Positions 1 through 11,437 of a DNA stretch of 64,000 nt are shown in pieces. Position numbers and translations under genes: made by a program. The DNA is taken from positions 1 through 64,000 of the IMG/VR virus record IMGVR_UViG_3300006919_000042; one strand, written 5' to 3'. Source of the DNA: a virus. Position 1 is the stretch's first letter, and each line of letters opens with the position of its first letter. Below the pieces are notes generated by a model. It saw nothing but the letters and a program-made list of their open reading frames with translations, made no database searches and was not told the origin of the DNA.

Positions 1-2
1 CA

Positions 3-1370
3 AAAGGACTTTATGTAGATAGAAATCAAACAATACAATCACTAATTCATTTGATGAGAACTTTTCACAATCAAATGAGTAAAAGAGGGACATTATTAAT
101 ATCGACAACCACGACAGAAGATGTTGATGGAGACGACTTTGAGATTGATGGCGAATTATTAAGAGTCATCAGATATGATAAGCAGTGCGACGAGTTCATG
201 TTCGCCCCAAACAATCCTAATACGATTGGTTGGGTAGTGGACATCAACTCTCCGCTGAATAAATACATACACGATAATCCATTTCTAGTTAAATTATTTC
301 AAGACCCTACAGCAGCACCGTTGATTCAACCAGCGAGTGTTTCTCTAGTTACTGAGGATGGTTATGAAAATGTATTTAAGATTGAAAATGTACTTGATAC
401 AGAACAAGCTGGTATTGGAATAGCAGCTTTTGATGCAGACTTTGTGACTAACGTTGATCCGACAATCCCATATGAATTGCAATTTTGGGTTAAAGGTGAT
501 GGACTACTTTCAGCTACAATTGAAGGATATGACAAAGCTGACGTATTGACATTACCATCATTAACCATTCCAATCATCACAAGCACTGAGGCAATCAAAT
601 CAGCAAGTCTTGCAAATACTACTACTTGGTTCTTAGTTAAGATAATCATTTATCCTACTAACGAAGCGATAGTAACACAACCTGCAATTCAAAAGCCGAA
701 TATTGGTGTTGGATGGAATCTTAAATGGAAAGCAGGTACGTGTAAAGCAGGTATCAAAGTGTTGATGGATAGAACGATAGCAGCAAACACTCCACCTACA
801 ACAGTGGATCAGATAATTGCTGGAGTAGCAAACGATGCTTTAGTTACGTTGACACTAGATGATTTAATAGCAGAATATAACGACATTGAAGATAATCCAT
901 TTGAGTCAATTGACATCACAGCTTTTTCGGGACCTGGAGATTTATTATTAGATTCAGTCGCGATAGCAGGGTTTCCACAGACGGTGACTAAACAAGAGAT
1001 AATCGATGGGAAACTACAATTTGATGATGATGGGACAGTACTGACGAGCAAAGATATTACAATTACCTATGATGTAAATGACGAACAACCAATAGGTAGT
1101 GATGGTGATATTTTGTATATTCGTGATGTAATTTTTAAGCCACTTAAAACTACTTATGGAAAAGGGATCATTGGATCTCCACTATTAGTGGAAACTTGGC
1201 TGAAGAATAGAAGTGAGTTGTCAAACCAGAACGTCAATGAAATTATTACACAACTAATTCCACATAATGTTTCGGCGCAGAACAACTTCTTATTGGAAGA
1301 ATCCAAGACTGGATTACTTCCAATCTTAAAAGGACTATATGAAGAACGTTATGAAGACTTATATCAATAA
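3..1370 (+). CDS. Virion structural (baseplate/tail) protein, 5'-truncated by the window edge
   Basis: Frame is open from position 3; acidic, beta-rich composition; lies upstream of a tail-collar protein. Confidence 0.5.
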   Translation, partial: KGLYVDRNQTIQSLIHLMRTFHNQMSKRGTLLISTTTTEDVDGDDFEIDGELLRVIRYDKQCDEFMFAPNNPNTIGWVVDINSPLNKYIHDNPFLVKLFQDPTAAPLIQPASVSLVTEDGYENVFKIENVLDTEQAGIGIAAFDADFVTNVDPTIPYELQFWVKGDGLLSATIEGYDKADVLTLPSLTIPIITSTEAIKSASLANTTTWFLVKIIIYPTNEAIVTQPAIQKPNIGVGWNLKWKAGTCKAGIKVLMDRTIAANTPPTTVDQIIAGVANDALVTLTLDDLIAEYNDIEDNPFESIDITAFSGPGDLLLDSVAIAGFPQTVTKQEIIDGKLQFDDDGTVLTSKDITITYDVNDEQPIGSDGDILYIRDVIFKPLKTTYGKGIIGSPLLVETWLKNRSELSNQNVNEIITQLIPHNVSAQNNFLLEESKTGLLPILKGLYEERYEDLYQ

Positions 1371-1372
1371 AT

Positions 1373-2052
1373 ATGGCAGATGATTTAAAAACAATAGACC
1401 AACAGATTGATACAGCAATCAATCCAGCTGCATTGCCAGGACAGATTCTTCATTATCTCATAACGGATTACTACATGCAATAATTTCCGCTGTAGGAAAA
1501 CTTGCAGGGTACCCTTTTACAGCAAAAGCATCAGGACAAGCACCTCAAGGAACGCTTCTATGGAATGATAATGCTATGGATGGATTAACGTCATTTGTAG
1601 TGACAGTTAGTAAACTAACTGCAGATGGAAATGATTTTGGAACAGTGCTAGGCAGTATTGTTAATGGAGATATTATCAAATTCAAAGATTTTGAAGGTAA
1701 GAGTGCATTGCTACAATATCAATCACACGTAGCAGCAACAGACGGATTTGCAAACGATACATACGACATTACAGTAATAGGATTTGCTGAGAATCCTTCG
1801 TTCACATATACAACAGAGGAGAATATTTGTATATTAGATCTTCTTGGTGGCGGAGGTTCGGGAGCAACAATATTTTGGGTGGACAAGCCACTAATAATCA
1901 AAAGTCCCGCAAATTCGAGTAATGGGATATTGGAGATTGGCGATTATGTAGAAACATTTATAACAGCAACGCGATTAATCAAGGGAATATATCTTGGAGG
2001 AGATCAAACACTTCCAGCAAGCTACACTATCCTAGATGAAATCAATTTTTAA
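1373..2052 (+). CDS. Probable tail/virion protein with an apparent 1-nt deletion near 1450
   Basis: ATG 1373 (MADDLKTIDQQIDTAINPAALPGQIL) joins by a -1 shift to an open frame (SLSHNGLLHAIISAVG...) that runs into the 1576-2052 ORF. Confidence 0.6.
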
Positions 2053-2061
2053 TAATTAACT

Positions 2062-3993
2062 ATGGACTTAAAATTCTCAAATAATCTATTTCTAGGCTTT
2101 GCTGAACTGTCGCAATTGAAAGAATCTTTGAAGCAAGAAGGGTATGAGAAATTACTCAAGCAGGCGATTACTTCATATGGAATAGCTAAGCCTACGAGTA
2201 CCAGTACATTTTCAGCACTGAAAGTTAGTTCATCAGGAGTAGGGCAATTAAGCATTGCTGCAGGAATTGCTATCGATAGTGATTTGAATATCATTGATGT
2301 AGTAGAAGATCAAGTTGATGCATTAACTGTACCAGGAGATGGTGTTACAAGATTTGTGATAGCATCATACAAAACAACTTTAGTAGAGCAAGGGACTGTT
2401 GACATTTCAGCAGATGGAGTAGTCACAGGAACTGATACTGAATTCACTCAACGTTTAAGAGGACAAGGAAACTTTCCTTCAAAAATAGTATTCGTTAATG
2501 CTGACTTTGACCCTGATGTAGATACGCCAGTTGAGTATGAAGTTCAAGCAGTACAGAATGATACATTAGCTAGTCTAAATATCGCTGCAGGGGTAATTGC
2601 ACCAGCGACTGGAGTTAGATATGCAGTAGTTGGTAGTTTTACACCAGGTATTGTTGTTCCGGATGCTGATAAGTACCCATTAATATTAGATGGATATACG
2701 ATAGAGCTTAGATTATCAAGCACATTAATTACAGACAAAGAATTTTTATTAGCAGATGTAAACTACAATGGGGTTACACTTGAGATCAATGATAGGAGAG
2801 AAGAGAATATTTATAGCTTCTTAGACATTGAATTAGCGTCGATTACAGACGTTAATCCATTGATCGGGATACATAACATCAAATACGATACAATCAACGC
2901 TGTACGCGAAAAGAATTTAGTAGAGCTCGGTTGGGGTCTTAAATCACTCAATGGCAACTGGACAGTGAATCAAGGACTACAAGAAGTCACTATCACACAA
3001 GCATCAGGTGGAATCTGGGATGACATTTCTCAATTCGCAGCTGGACAGTTGGATGGCTGGAGAGTAGTGTTTGAAGAAACTGGTCAAACAATTAAAGTTG
3101 AGCAATCAACAATTGGCGCTAGTTCAATAATATTGACACTATCATTTGACCCTGAATATCCATCAACTGGAGCAATCTGTGTTGTTCCAAATAGTGATAT
3201 AGTAGAAATTCAGATATCTAGTGTAATCAATCCTACAGCAAACAAAGAACTTTCATTTTCTGCCAAACAAGGCTTTGCGATAATTCCTTGTGAAGCTGGA
3301 GTAGTGAATAACATCAAATACAGACACATTAAAGGAGATTTGACTACTCCATTTAGAAATCTTAATGACGGCGATTATCTTAATGAAGAATCATTTGATG
3401 CAACTGGAACGCCAAATGCAACTCCAGTAATAACAACATATGTGAATGGAGACATTACACCAACATTAAGTACTGATCTTAATTTAGCATTATTAAATAA
3501 AGTGCTTAGTCCTGGATTTGTTATTGATTTCTTTGGAACATTAGCTCAGGCAGAAGCTCAGGTTGGATTTGTTGTTTGTGATGGTAGATTAATTACTGAT
3601 GCAACATCTATATTTAATGGAGGTAACGCACCTAATTTAAAAGGTAGAGTGATAGTAGGACACGATCCAGCAGCATTGGATTATAATGAAGAAGGAAATG
3701 TACGAGGATCAGACAAAATCAATCTTACAGTAGCACAACTAGCAGCACATACACATCCAGGAACTACAGAGAATGATGGCGTTCATCAACATGCGATTCA
3801 AGACACTATGATTCCAAATGTAGGATCGAATCAACTGACAAACATAGACAACACACCTGGATCATTTGGAAACGCATCTACAGAAGTAGATGGTGCTCAT
3901 CAACACGCCTTCACTACAGATTCTACTGGTGATGGAGCTGACATTGATATAAGACAAAAATATTTTGTACTACATAAATTAATGAAATTATAA
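2062..3993 (+). CDS. Baseplate/tail fibre protein with C-terminal tail-collar domain
   Basis: C-terminal PGFVIDFFG..GFVVCDGR..PNLKGRVIVG..LTVAQLAAHTH, plus HQH repeats typical of tail-collar/short-fibre domains. Confidence 0.75.
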   Translation: MDLKFSNNLFLGFAELSQLKESLKQEGYEKLLKQAITSYGIAKPTSTSTFSALKVSSSGVGQLSIAAGIAIDSDLNIIDVVEDQVDALTVPGDGVTRFVIASYKTTLVEQGTVDISADGVVTGTDTEFTQRLRGQGNFPSKIVFVNADFDPDVDTPVEYEVQAVQNDTLASLNIAAGVIAPATGVRYAVVGSFTPGIVVPDADKYPLILDGYTIELRLSSTLITDKEFLLADVNYNGVTLEINDRREENIYSFLDIELASITDVNPLIGIHNIKYDTINAVREKNLVELGWGLKSLNGNWTVNQGLQEVTITQASGGIWDDISQFAAGQLDGWRVVFEETGQTIKVEQSTIGASSIILTLSFDPEYPSTGAICVVPNSDIVEIQISSVINPTANKELSFSAKQGFAIIPCEAGVVNNIKYRHIKGDLTTPFRNLNDGDYLNEESFDATGTPNATPVITTYVNGDITPTLSTDLNLALLNKVLSPGFVIDFFGTLAQAEAQVGFVVCDGRLITDATSIFNGGNAPNLKGRVIVGHDPAALDYNEEGNVRGSDKINLTVAQLAAHTHPGTTENDGVHQHAIQDTMIPNVGSNQLTNIDNTPGSFGNASTEVDGAHQHAFTTDSTGDGADIDIRQKYFVLHKLMKL

Positions 3994-3997
3994 CAAT

Positions 3998-4917
3998 ATG
4001 AAATTGTATTTCACAGGAGCAGACGGATTTGGAGATGAACAGAGTAGTAGTTTACTTTCGTTAGGAGGATATCCTTCTGCATCACAAGTACCAGCTGCAG
4101 GAATTGATAAGATATTTGGTGGAATCTCACAAAGAGATTTGCGAAACGGTAGTGTAATTACAAAAGCAGTGGTGTTAAAGAATACAACAGCAACTGATCC
4201 AGTTACTGGAGCTAAGATTTACTACAACAACAACTCAGATTTTCCAGTTGCAAATTATAGATTCGCAATCGTTACATTAGCATTAGACGATTGTGGCAAA
4301 GCAATAATGGAAGAGATAGCAAATCCTTTTGACAAACCTAATAGTGCAGTATTTGTTGATGCTAAAGGACTTTCAAATGCACTAACATTTCCTGACATTC
4401 CAGCAGATTCTTATGTAGGAATTTGGATTGAAAGATCAATTAATGTTCTTAAAGGAAAAGAGTCTTTGTCGTGTGACTTTCTATTGGCAGGGTATGACGT
4501 AGTTCCTGAGGCAAATCAAAGCACAATTCAATTCTTAGATCCAGCATTATTAGCTGGAGAATATTTCACAATTGATACAAGAGTAAATAAATATGTTATA
4601 TGGTTCAATGACGGTGTAGCTGCAATGCCAGCGATTACTAGTTCATATGAATTATTGATTATAGCTTATGCTGTTGGAAGTGAAACTGCAGATACACTTG
4701 CAGCTAAGGTTAATACCAAACTTCAAGAAATTCCTGTCCCACGAGGAGAAATGATTTCAACAGTTGCAACAGACACCGTAACAGTAACAATATAGAGCCA
4801 GGACCTATAGGTGATCCAATCATTAGCAATGCTAACGTTGTGATCGCATCAATAGTAAGTGGAGTGAGTGATAACTTAGAAAAAGTTGAAGACGTAGAAT
4901 TAATTATTACATATTAA
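3998..4917 (+). CDS. Virion structural protein with an apparent 1-nt deletion near 4790
   Basis: ORF 3998-4795 continues in the -1 frame (NIEPGPIGDPII...VELIITY*) to TAA 4915-4917. Confidence 0.6.
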
Positions 4918-4953
4918 TTTTGCTATTATAGATATTGGAAGTATATTTATGAC

Positions 4954-5532
4954 ATGAAGCTCCGTCTAATAGTAGGGGAATTGTACCATTATTTTGATTG
5001 TAAGTTTTACAACAAAGAATTTAAAATCGTCGAATTAAAGAACGCTCATATAATTACAGACTTCTTAATCAACGTGCATAAAGACTTTAACTTACAGTCA
5101 ATTAATCATCAATTCATTTTTAAGTATTTAATGTTTCAATATGACTTTTGGAACGACCAAGAGATTACCGGATTTGGCAATCACACTAGGTTAGGAACAA
5201 TATTCAGTAAGAAAGGATATCTTAGATTTCAAAAAGCACTTAAAAATGACAAGTTTAGTTGGTACAATGCAGAGAAAACCCTTCAAGATAAGTACGGAAT
5301 CAACAGATCATTTCTAATTAGATATAGAGCTAAGCAGAAGCGAGATTTAACAATTTTGAGTGTAGATGAAGAATCAGAAAAGAAGATCTTTGAAGATGGT
5401 GATGTTCAGTTAGTTCATTGTATAGACAGTACCACTTTATTCAATCACGTTAGTGAGGTTTGTATGGCATGTCCAGCAAGAGTGAAGTGTAAAAGATTAT
5501 TGAAAGTGTATTATAAGTATTTACATCAATAG
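4954..5532 (+). CDS. Hypothetical protein with C-terminal Cys cluster
   Basis: 192-aa ORF containing CMACPARVKC; -7-like TATATTTA immediately upstream. Confidence 0.6.
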   Translation: MKLRLIVGELYHYFDCKFYNKEFKIVELKNAHIITDFLINVHKDFNLQSINHQFIFKYLMFQYDFWNDQEITGFGNHTRLGTIFSKKGYLRFQKALKNDKFSWYNAEKTLQDKYGINRSFLIRYRAKQKRDLTILSVDEESEKKIFEDGDVQLVHCIDSTTLFNHVSEVCMACPARVKCKRLLKVYYKYLHQ

Positions 5533-5537
5533 AGGAT

Positions 5538-5873
5538 ATGAAGCAAATATCAAAGAAGAAAGCAGCGCGGAACAGGTCATATAAGGCTGTTTGTGAAGAG
5601 ATATTACAAGAACGGGAAAAGATATGTCAAGGTTGTGGAACCGCCGACAGATTAAGTTTTAGTCACCTAGAACCGAGATCTTTTAGTATTGTTAATGAAG
5701 CAAACAAAGCGATGATTCACATTCATTGTATGACGTTTGGGGGATTTGAGGGATGTCACGATAAGTACGAGCAACATAGATTTTCTGAGTTGAAAGATGG
5801 TGATGAAATAATGGAAGCGTTGATTGAATACGCACCAGATTATTTAAGAATAATTGAAAATAAAATAACATGA
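5538..5873 (+). CDS. HNH-type endonuclease-like protein
   Basis: CxxC..SHLEPRS..C..GCH pattern. Confidence 0.6.
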   Translation: MKQISKKKAARNRSYKAVCEEILQEREKICQGCGTADRLSFSHLEPRSFSIVNEANKAMIHIHCMTFGGFEGCHDKYEQHRFSELKDGDEIMEALIEYAPDYLRIIENKIT

Positions 5874-6394
5874 GACCACATTTAGAATATACCTCAGACG
5901 AATATGCTCAAGAAGCAGATGCACGAGGAGTGAGGCCGATTAGCGAGATTGATTGTGAGATAATTGAAGTTTTACACAATATGTTTATGAAAGGAGAACC
6001 TACTCAGATTCCATTAGGAGTAATTCTAGGAGGATGGAAGCATAATTCAGATGAACAGACTTTAAATGAAATTACCGATTATAGTAATGGAATAATTTCT
6101 GTAGTGGTGCCTGACGAAGATTTGGATGAACACTTTGCAAAACTACATCACGCATACATCAAGATTAAAGAATACACCTTCAAGGTGATGAAAATATATT
6201 CAATTGGACCGGAAGATGCCTATGAAGGTGACCGACCAATTTACAACATCGTGATTAACAAAGGACCGTTACCAGCGAATCGCTCATGGTATGAGAACAC
6301 TAGAATCAAGTGTTACACTTTAGAAGAGCGTGAAGAATTAATTAAAGTGTTAGAGACAAAATTGAACTCAATACACTTATGTAAATACATATAA
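5870..6394 (+). CDS. Hypothetical protein
   Basis: 174-aa ORF coupled by an ATGA overlap. Confidence 0.6.
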   Translation: MRPHLEYTSDEYAQEADARGVRPISEIDCEIIEVLHNMFMKGEPTQIPLGVILGGWKHNSDEQTLNEITDYSNGIISVVVPDEDLDEHFAKLHHAYIKIKEYTFKVMKIYSIGPEDAYEGDRPIYNIVINKGPLPANRSWYENTRIKCYTLEEREELIKVLETKLNSIHLCKYI

Positions 6395-6395
6395 A

Positions 6396-6638
6396 ATGGA
6401 AGAGAACAAAAGCCCGTTGACGTTATATCCAGGAGTGGATTTTACCTCAGCTAAATTAATTGAATTCTTGAACAAGAAGTACACACACAAGAAGACAGGA
6501 CAACCATTTACTACTGGAGATATCCAGCAGTATTTGAAAAGAAAGCATTTACCAAAACCTTACGGAGGACATCCAATTAACATTGTAGAGTGTCCTGAGA
6601 TAGGAGTGAAAGTGATTCGTGTATTTTTTGATTTATAA
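6396..6638 (+). CDS. Hypothetical protein
   Basis: 80-aa ORF within the operon. Confidence 0.55.
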   Translation: MEENKSPLTLYPGVDFTSAKLIEFLNKKYTHKKTGQPFTTGDIQQYLKRKHLPKPYGGHPINIVECPEIGVKVIRVFFDL

Positions 6639-6641
6639 GAT

Positions 6642-7298
6642 ATGAAGGTAGCAAACTTTATTGTTTGGGATCTCGAAACAGGAGGTTTCAAAAAAGAAGA
6701 AAATGGTCTCGCAGAAATTGCGCTGATCGCGTATGACTCAGTCACATTGGCTGAAATTGATCGATATGAAGCAATCGTTGCTCCATATGAACAGCCGTCA
6801 GGTGAAATGAGTACCTACACAAGTGGAGCACTCAATGCCAATGGATTAACCATGAGGCAGATTAATGCAGGTAAAGATGCTAAAACTGTTGCAAATGAAG
6901 TGAAAACATTTTGTTTGAAGCATAAAATATCTCTGAGAGGGGGAATGGGTAGGTGTGTATCAGTAGGACATAACATCGTCAAATTTGACATTCCATATTT
7001 GACATACTTCCTAGAAATATTCAAAATCAAATACAATGATTTGTTTCAAGAGATTCCATTTGATACAATCTTGTTTACAAGACTGAGGTGGAGTAGAGAC
7101 GGATCAATTGCAAATCATCAATTAGGAACCGCTTGTTCAGCTGCAGGAATACAGTTGATTGATGCGCACAGAGCAATGAACGATGTCGAGGGAAATGCTC
7201 AGTTAGCAATTGCCTTTATTAAAGGAATGAGAGAGCAGCAACAAACAGCAACAGCAGTATTACAAAACAATAGACTCCGAGAAAAGTTCACATACTAA
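6642..7298 (+). CDS. DEDDh 3'-5' exonuclease (DnaQ/epsilon-like)
   Basis: WDLETGG, GHNIVKFD and HRAMNDV motifs. Confidence 0.9.
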   Translation: MKVANFIVWDLETGGFKKEENGLAEIALIAYDSVTLAEIDRYEAIVAPYEQPSGEMSTYTSGALNANGLTMRQINAGKDAKTVANEVKTFCLKHKISLRGGMGRCVSVGHNIVKFDIPYLTYFLEIFKIKYNDLFQEIPFDTILFTRLRWSRDGSIANHQLGTACSAAGIQLIDAHRAMNDVEGNAQLAIAFIKGMREQQQTATAVLQNNRLREKFTY

Positions 7299-9002
7299 AT
7301 GAACAAACATCTTCAACTACCATTAACTCCAGTAACGGTGCGCAAGACTCAACTGACACTAAATCAGTTAAGGGACACTTATAGTCTAGTTGATGATATG
7401 ATTTCCAATTTTGATGAAAAAGCAATTTTGGAGTTATCATCAGGGAATGAGTCAGATGTCGATGCGATGTTGGATATTCTAATTGATGAAACAGCAGCAG
7501 TAATCACTGCGGGAAACAAAACAATCGATAGTAGTAGATATGGATATCTTGATGCATTTACTGCATCAGTTGAAGAGACTTTGAGAGTACGTTCACTCAA
7601 CTACTTTATTTTAGCATGCCTACCAGACTTCACATTAGGATGGCATAATATTGAATGGAGTAACTTACTTCAAATGCATAGATTGTTATGTGTACTTGCT
7701 GCGAGAGATCATGGTAAGTCATATCACTTTAGTTACGCATACCCACTTTGGCAGATGTATCGCTACAAAGGAAAAGGAACCGTTCTTAATAAGGTTCCTA
7801 AGGAACTTCAAATGGCCAAAGAAGGGTTGTTAATTACCAATGAGTACAAATTAGCAATGCACTTACTTGCAATCATAAAAGATGAGATTGAAAACAATGA
7901 CATCTTACGAGCAAGATTAATGCCTGATAGTAAACGTGAGGGTTGGGGTAAGGAAAAAATTACAACTAAAACTGGTGCATCATTAGCAACTAAATCTGCG
8001 ATGAGTAAGATTCGTGGATATCACCCGACTTACATCATACTAGATGATTTCTTAAATGAATCATCATTATATTCTCAAGAACAGCGTGAGAAATATCTTA
8101 ACGTATTCTTAGCTATAATTATGCCAGCACTTTCGCCAGGAGGACAATTGGCGATGGTAGGGACACCATTCTTTGAGAAGGATTTATATGCATACTTGAA
8201 AGATAAGGATATGTTCAAAGTACTTGAATATCCAGCGATCTTCCCTGATGGTAAATTACTATTCCCTCAAAGACACACATACAAGAGTCTAATGGAGAAG
8301 CGTCAGCTACTTGGGTCATTGGTATTCTCAAGAGAGATTTTAGTTAAACCAATTTCAGATGCAGCTGCAATCTTCCCGTATGATATGCTACGTAATGCAA
8401 TCAAGGGTCAGGATAGTGTTGATTTAATCAACAACATCGACAGTAGTCAGAGAAAGTTTGTTAAGATTGTAGTAGGATGTGATTTCGCTATATCATCTGC
8501 AATTGGAGCAGATTATAGCGTATTCACAATATTAGGTGTAGATGAGCTTGGAATCATTCACTTGTTAAATTGCTGGAGAAAGAAAGGAGCAAGTTATGCT
8601 CAGCAAGTTGGTGCGTTGAAGAAAATCAATAAAGATTTCAGACCCGATATCATGTATGCAGAGGATAATGGTATGCAACAAATCTTCATTCAAATGATGG
8701 AGGATGCGAACCTACCAGTAGTTGGAAGAACAACTACTGCGAAGAATAAAAAATCTTTATACGAAGGCATTCCGTCATTAGCGGTATTGTTCGAGACTAG
8801 AAGAATCAAATTCCCATACGGAACTCAGAGAGCGAAAGACTTAACTGATTTATATTTTTCTGAACTGAATAGTATTACGTACATTCAGAACACTGGAAAA
8901 TTAGAGTCAGTAAACCAACACGAAGATACTTCAATGTCTCTTTGGTGTGGAGTAAGAGGAATCAAAGGAGATGTCAAAGACTTTGACTTCTCATTTATAT
9001 AA
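7299..9002 (+). CDS. terL: Terminase large subunit
   Basis: Walker A AARDHGKS, Walker B IILDD, coupling motif VGTP, nuclease GCDFA..ADYS and C-terminal HED. Confidence 0.88.
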   Translation: MNKHLQLPLTPVTVRKTQLTLNQLRDTYSLVDDMISNFDEKAILELSSGNESDVDAMLDILIDETAAVITAGNKTIDSSRYGYLDAFTASVEETLRVRSLNYFILACLPDFTLGWHNIEWSNLLQMHRLLCVLAARDHGKSYHFSYAYPLWQMYRYKGKGTVLNKVPKELQMAKEGLLITNEYKLAMHLLAIIKDEIENNDILRARLMPDSKREGWGKEKITTKTGASLATKSAMSKIRGYHPTYIILDDFLNESSLYSQEQREKYLNVFLAIIMPALSPGGQLAMVGTPFFEKDLYAYLKDKDMFKVLEYPAIFPDGKLLFPQRHTYKSLMEKRQLLGSLVFSREILVKPISDAAAIFPYDMLRNAIKGQDSVDLINNIDSSQRKFVKIVVGCDFAISSAIGADYSVFTILGVDELGIIHLLNCWRKKGASYAQQVGALKKINKDFRPDIMYAEDNGMQQIFIQMMEDANLPVVGRTTTAKNKKSLYEGIPSLAVLFETRRIKFPYGTQRAKDLTDLYFSELNSITYIQNTGKLESVNQHEDTSMSLWCGVRGIKGDVKDFDFSFI

Positions 9003-9012
9003 ATCGTAAATA

Positions 9013-10383
9013 ATGGCAAAAGCATTAACCGGAAACTTCCTAAATGAAATGTTTAGAGCATGCACTAGAAAACAGACACTGTTTTTAGTAGCAAAAGATC
9101 ATCTGAAATACAACTATCTACCGTCAGAAGAATACAAAGAAATTTGGAAATCTATGTGTGATCACTTCGACATGACTACTAGATTAACCACTACAGGGAT
9201 ACTAGCGGAAGAATTCGTTGATAATAGAAAGGTTATCAAAGTTCTGAGTGCAATACGCAAGTCAGATGAAATTAATGAATTAGACGCCGTAGAACAGCTT
9301 GAAAAATTTATAAAAGAGAAGATGTTTATCGAGGTATATGATAAACTACCTGAGCTGTACAATAAAAATGATAAGCAGGGAGCATTCACTTTAATGTTTG
9401 AAGCAAGTGAGAAACTATCTCAATTCACACTGAAGAGTGGACAATACTACACAAAGATTTACAAAGATTTACTCAAACGACATGACCAACGATTATTAGA
9501 TAAAGAAAATGAAGATGCCTCAGGTAAGGGGATAGGTAAAGTACCAACTGGAATCAAGCCACTTGATGACTTATTACTTGGAGGAATTGCTAAAGGTAAC
9601 GCAATGTTAATTATGGCAGCTTCTGGTGTAGGTAAGAGTAAGATGGCTAAATTTGCAGGAGTGAGTGCTTCAAGAAGGGGATTTAGAGTCTTACACATTC
9701 AAGGTGAGGGAACTGAAAAAGAAGCTCGTGATGCATACGATGCAGCAATTATGGGAGTGAATACTCACCGCTTGAAGTATCATACTCTTAGCTTAAAAGA
9801 TCGAACTGAGCTAGATAAAGCAGTTAATCAAATCCAACATTTTGATGGAGAGATTTATCTGAAAGCATACGAGCAATTCGGAGCAGCAACTTATAGGGAC
9901 ATTCGAGACTATGTGGTGGACATCACTGAAAAAGAAGGACCTATCGATTTATTGATTGTTGATTACCTTGAATTATTTGATCCAGGAAATGGTAAGAAAT
10001 ATTCAACAAGTAACGAAGGAGAGAGAGCTCGTAGGTTGGCATGTGCAGAACTATTCACAAACATTTGTGTTGAGTTTAATATTGCTGGAATAATTCCTAC
10101 TCAAGCTAATGATATTGCACCGTTACTATTTAATGACGCAACATTTCAATTGACACGACACAACATCTCAGAAGCGAAAGCTGTAGTACGTCCGTTCCCA
10201 TATTTCGTTACATTGAATCAATCAATTGATGAGAAGCGTGAGAGAGTATTGAGATTGTATGTCGACAAGGCAAGGTTCGTTGACCAAAGTGCTGAGCCAG
10301 TGATACACATCTGTACAAATTATGACGTAGATAGATTCTACGACCACATAAGCACCGTAACTAAATTTGGATATGAGTTCTAA
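9013..10383 (+). CDS. DnaB-like SF4 replicative helicase
   Basis: VPTGIKPLD, AASGVGKS, LLIVDYLE, PTQAN, DKAR. Confidence 0.88.
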   Translation: MAKALTGNFLNEMFRACTRKQTLFLVAKDHLKYNYLPSEEYKEIWKSMCDHFDMTTRLTTTGILAEEFVDNRKVIKVLSAIRKSDEINELDAVEQLEKFIKEKMFIEVYDKLPELYNKNDKQGAFTLMFEASEKLSQFTLKSGQYYTKIYKDLLKRHDQRLLDKENEDASGKGIGKVPTGIKPLDDLLLGGIAKGNAMLIMAASGVGKSKMAKFAGVSASRRGFRVLHIQGEGTEKEARDAYDAAIMGVNTHRLKYHTLSLKDRTELDKAVNQIQHFDGEIYLKAYEQFGAATYRDIRDYVVDITEKEGPIDLLIVDYLELFDPGNGKKYSTSNEGERARRLACAELFTNICVEFNIAGIIPTQANDIAPLLFNDATFQLTRHNISEAKAVVRPFPYFVTLNQSIDEKRERVLRLYVDKARFVDQSAEPVIHICTNYDVDRFYDHISTVTKFGYEF

Positions 10384-10384
10384 C

Positions 10385-11437
10385 ATGACATTCATTCAAA
10401 AGAAAGTAGTAGAATACTTTCAACTGAATACCAATTATAAGTCAGCTAAGGGCTGGATTTATGGTGGCAAATGTCCTTGGTGTAATAATTCAGATAAATT
10501 TGGAGTAAAGCTCAATCAAACAACCGCACAATATAAGAATCAAATATCGTACAACTGTTTTCACGGATCATGTCAACAAAGGGGAAGCGAATTCAAGCTA
10601 CTCAACCACATTGGGTTGGGACATTTATTGAAACATGGTGAATTTATAGGAGAAAAGGAAAAGATAAAGAATACACTGTTTGCGGAGGATGAGGAATCAT
10701 CGAGCATTGAAGTTGAAGAGGTGTCTTTACCATTAGGCTTCAGAAGGGTCCTCAGTGACCCGTACCTAGAAGGTAGAGGATTTGAACCATGGCAATTTCA
10801 GTATTACATCATTGGAAGAACTAAGTGGTATGCACCACTAAAAGACTATGTACTATTTTCAATTACAGAAGATGGTAAACATAAAGGGTATATTGGAAGA
10901 TCGACATGGAGTAGGGAGCAAATGGATGATTATAACGCATCAATAAAGCTATTCAATGCTACTTGTGATAAAGAGAACCGCAAAAGGGAGCATGTCAAGT
11001 TCAACAATGAGGGCGGTGTCGATTTTGGAAAGTTGTTATTTGGATTTGATGAAGTAACCGAAAACACCGAAGAGGTGATATTAGTAGAAGGGGTAACTGA
11101 CAAAGCAAACGTTGACAAACTTCTCAGATTAGATAAGAGTGATAAACTCAAGTGTTTATGCACATTTGGTAAGAAGATCAGTGAATCTCAAATCCGAAAA
11201 CTGAAAACTAAAGGGATATCAAAAGTAATTTTAATGTATGACCCTGATGCAATAGATGAATCGAAAAAATATAGTATTGAGTTAGAATTGTGGGATATAA
11301 GAGTAAAAGTTGGATATTTACCAGACAAAGATCCAGGTGATCTGAACCGAGAAGAATTGACAACTGTATTGTCACAGACACAAACGCCAAATCAATTTGC
11401 TAGCTCAAAAATGCAAAAAAGAAAATTAGGAAAATGA
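10385..11437 (+). CDS. DNA primase (Zn finger + TOPRIM)
   Basis: CPWC..CFHGSC zinc finger; LVEGVTD, YDPD and KDPGD TOPRIM motifs. Confidence 0.85.
   Translation: MTFIQKKVVEYFQLNTNYKSAKGWIYGGKCPWCNNSDKFGVKLNQTTAQYKNQISYNCFHGSCQQRGSEFKLLNHIGLGHLLKHGEFIGEKEKIKNTLFAEDEESSSIEVEEVSLPLGFRRVLSDPYLEGRGFEPWQFQYYIIGRTKWYAPLKDYVLFSITEDGKHKGYIGRSTWSREQMDDYNASIKLFNATCDKENRKREHVKFNNEGGVDFGKLLFGFDEVTENTEEVILVEGVTDKANVDKLLRLDKSDKLKCLCTFGKKISESQIRKLKTKGISKVILMYDPDAIDESKKYSIELELWDIRVKVGYLPDKDPGDLNREELTTVLSQTQTPNQFASSKMQKRKLGK

Noticed and set aside
1440-4800. Programmed -1 frameshifts in tail genes
   Set aside because: No XXXYYYZ slippery sites, and the same defect occurs in folE and small accessory genes
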